Below are positions 62,350 through 64,000 of a stretch of DNA of 64,000 bases, in pieces. Below the pieces are notes generated by a model, which did not search any database, was not told where the DNA came from, and saw only the letters and a list, made by a program, of their open reading frames with translations. Every line of letters begins with the position of its first letter. The stretch's first letter is position 1. The stretch is from the IMG/VR virus record IMGVR_UViG_3300023174_000033, positions 62,001 to 126,000 of that record; one strand, written 5' to 3'. Made by a program: the position numbers and the translations under genes.

Positions 62350-62646
62350 TCAGTTATATTTATCTAATTCTAAAAGTTGATTTATTTTTTTGTCCCTAAG
62401 TTTGTTTTTTATCAAGTCATAACTAAGTATGAAGTGTTTATACATTTCTTCTTCTGTAAAATATGATAAATTTCTATAATCTCCATCAAGTCCAACAGCA
62501 TATCCAAATCCTTTTTTATCAGTAGCATTGTTCCAAGTCAAATCACCACACCCACTTATTCTATAAGTGCATCCATACTTCATGGGCAAGATTTCATTAA
62601 AACAATAAATACTATCCCCTACTTCAAATCCAATTTCTTTTTTCAT
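62350..62646 (-). CDS. Small hypothetical protein with C-terminal RDKKINQLL motif
   Basis: 98 aa. Confidence 0.55.
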   Translation of the reverse strand: MKKEIGFEVGDSIYCFNEILPMKYGCTYRISGCGDLTWNNATDKKGFGYAVGLDGDYRNLSYFTEEEMYKHFILSYDLIKNKLRDKKINQLLELDKYN

Positions 62647-63245
62647 CGGTTTGTATCTGATTCGTGGTGGTCAATAAATTTTATATCAATCTTATCCATG
62701 ATCTTGAAGATTTCATTTATATGGTAGGGTCTAAACTCTGGGTGAGTATCTACCCCAACATCCATAGACCTACCAATCCCCTTTAGACTTCCGTGGCTGT
62801 GACCAAAAAGATGTATAACACCTTTGTGTGAAGCTGGCCATACTTGATGTGAGTAATGTGATAGGTGGAACTCCCTTGAACCAATTTTACCAGTAAAGAC
62901 ATTTTGAACAGATTCAAAAAGGTCCATTGGATTAAAAGAAGTATCATGAAATTTAATTTCTTTGTTTGTGATGTGTTGGTCGTGGTTGCCCAACATTAGG
63001 TGAATGTTTTTGCAGATAAGTGATTTTCTAAAGTAGTAGATATTGTGGACACCCCCAAAGCTCCAATCACCTAGGTGATAAAGAATATCATCTTCACCAA
63101 CAACATTGTTGATGTTCTTAATAAGTGTATCGTTCATTTCTTGAACGGAATTGAAGTTTCTATACCCATCTTTCCAAGAAGAAACTTTAGGACCAGCAAT
63201 ATTGGTATGTCCGAAATGAGTGTCTGATGTAAACCATATGTTCAT
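62643..63245 (-). CDS. Calcineurin-like metallophosphoesterase
   Basis: SDTHFGH, LGD, GNHD, GHSHG, DVGVD motifs. Confidence 0.9.
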   Translation of the reverse strand: MNIWFTSDTHFGHTNIAGPKVSSWKDGYRNFNSVQEMNDTLIKNINNVVGEDDILYHLGDWSFGGVHNIYYFRKSLICKNIHLMLGNHDQHITNKEIKFHDTSFNPMDLFESVQNVFTGKIGSREFHLSHYSHQVWPASHKGVIHLFGHSHGSLKGIGRSMDVGVDTHPEFRPYHINEIFKIMDKIDIKFIDHHESDTNR

Positions 63246-63298
63246 AATACAAAAGTAGTATAAATCTTTTCAATTACCAAATTTTAATATATAAAAAT

Positions 63299-63676
63299 AT
63301 GAAGTATCTAAAAAAATTTGAAATGTTCCACTCCACTGGGTTAGATGATGGTAAAGATCACGTTGTTCCCAAGTATAATCCAAAAATAAGAAAGGAAGTG
63401 AGTGATTTTTTAGATGATTTGCCGGAGAGTAGTAAAATACAAGTTTTAAAATGTGTCGGAATTGAAGCGAACACTGAAGAAGATGGTGAGTTTGAGAAAC
63501 AATTTGAATTAGCAAAAAAGAAATTTATTGATTTCTTTGAAAACAACACAAATTTATCTATACAAACTATAGACTTGGAAAAATTCACAATTCCGGGGAA
63601 AGGCGGGGATGGAATACCTAGGGTAATGAATATTGGGGGAACAAGCCAAACTAACTCATTTAGGATAGGTCAGTAA
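63299..63676 (+). CDS. Hypothetical protein (MKYLKKFEMF N-terminus)
   Basis: 125 aa; TAATATATA upstream. Confidence 0.6.
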   Translation: MKYLKKFEMFHSTGLDDGKDHVVPKYNPKIRKEVSDFLDDLPESSKIQVLKCVGIEANTEEDGEFEKQFELAKKKFIDFFENNTNLSIQTIDLEKFTIPGKGGDGIPRVMNIGGTSQTNSFRIGQ

Positions 63677-63729
63677 GAAACAATTTTGTAAAAACTAAAT
63701 ATAAGTAGAAATACAAAATTATTTTTATT

Positions 63730-64000
63730 ATGGCTAAAAAAGAAAAAGATTCCAAGAAATTTGAATTTAGTAAAATCGGTTCTTTGATGAACAATATTGC
63801 AAAAACTGTTCCTATCATAATTGATACCGAAATTAAAGAAAAGAAATTTATATCAACTGGTGTTTATTTATTAGACGCCGCTCTATCATCCAGACTGATT
63901 GGTGGTGGTGTACAAACTAACAGAATTACTTGTTTTGCAGGAGAATCCGGTACAGGAAAATCATTTCTAGCGTATTCAGTTGCTAAAAATGCACAAAAAG
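63730..64000 (+). CDS. uvsX: RecA/UvsX-like recombinase, 5' part (truncated by window end)
   Basis: Manual translation: MAKKEK...FISTGVYLLDAALS...GGG...RITCFAGESGTGKSFLAYSVAKNAQK (Walker A). Confidence 0.88.
   Translation, partial: MAKKEKDSKKFEFSKIGSLMNNIAKTVPIIIDTEIKEKKFISTGVYLLDAALSSRLIGGGVQTNRITCFAGESGTGKSFLAYSVAKNAQK

Noticed and set aside
1-64000. Alternative genetic code (stop-codon reassignment)
   Set aside because: Conserved genes are full-length under code 11, TAA, TAG and TGA all occur as stops, and no suppressor tRNA was seen.
1-64000. Bacterial chromosome origin (dnaK, nusG, greA, iscA)
   Set aside because: These genes lack their usual operon neighbours (grpE/dnaJ, secE/rplK, isc/suf) and sit among T4-like replication and structural genes.

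Overview
AT-rich, densely coding 64-kb segment of a large (jumbo-type) tailed phage with T4-like core genes: gp32-like SSB, UvsX/RecA, a two-subunit type IIA topoisomerase, RNase H/flap endonuclease and a tail-tube-like protein. The host is inferred to be Bacteroidota, from recurrent TAnnTTTG promoters, no obvious Shine-Dalgarno motifs and host-like dnaK/iscA/DUF151/greA/nusG genes. The window also holds three paralogous beta-solenoid giants, a 2849-aa modular collagen-like fibre, a glycosyltransferase/FkbM cluster, RNA-repair-type enzymes and three tRNAs. Most notable: (1) a ClpC-like ATPase gene fragment that starts with an orphan 125-aa C-intein, pointing to an atypically split intein that would rebuild the Walker A motif by trans-splicing with a gene outside the window; (2) a tRNA-Leu(UAA) interrupted by a group I intron carrying an HNH endonuclease in its P1 loop; (3) two related stem-closed candidate ncRNAs between a DUF2828 (Ro60/TROVE-like) gene and that tRNA; (4) two families of shared terminal peptide tags, an N-terminal T4 capsid-targeting-like motif and a C-terminal RDxKIxxIL motif. 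All calls come from manual motif recognition; no database searches were run.
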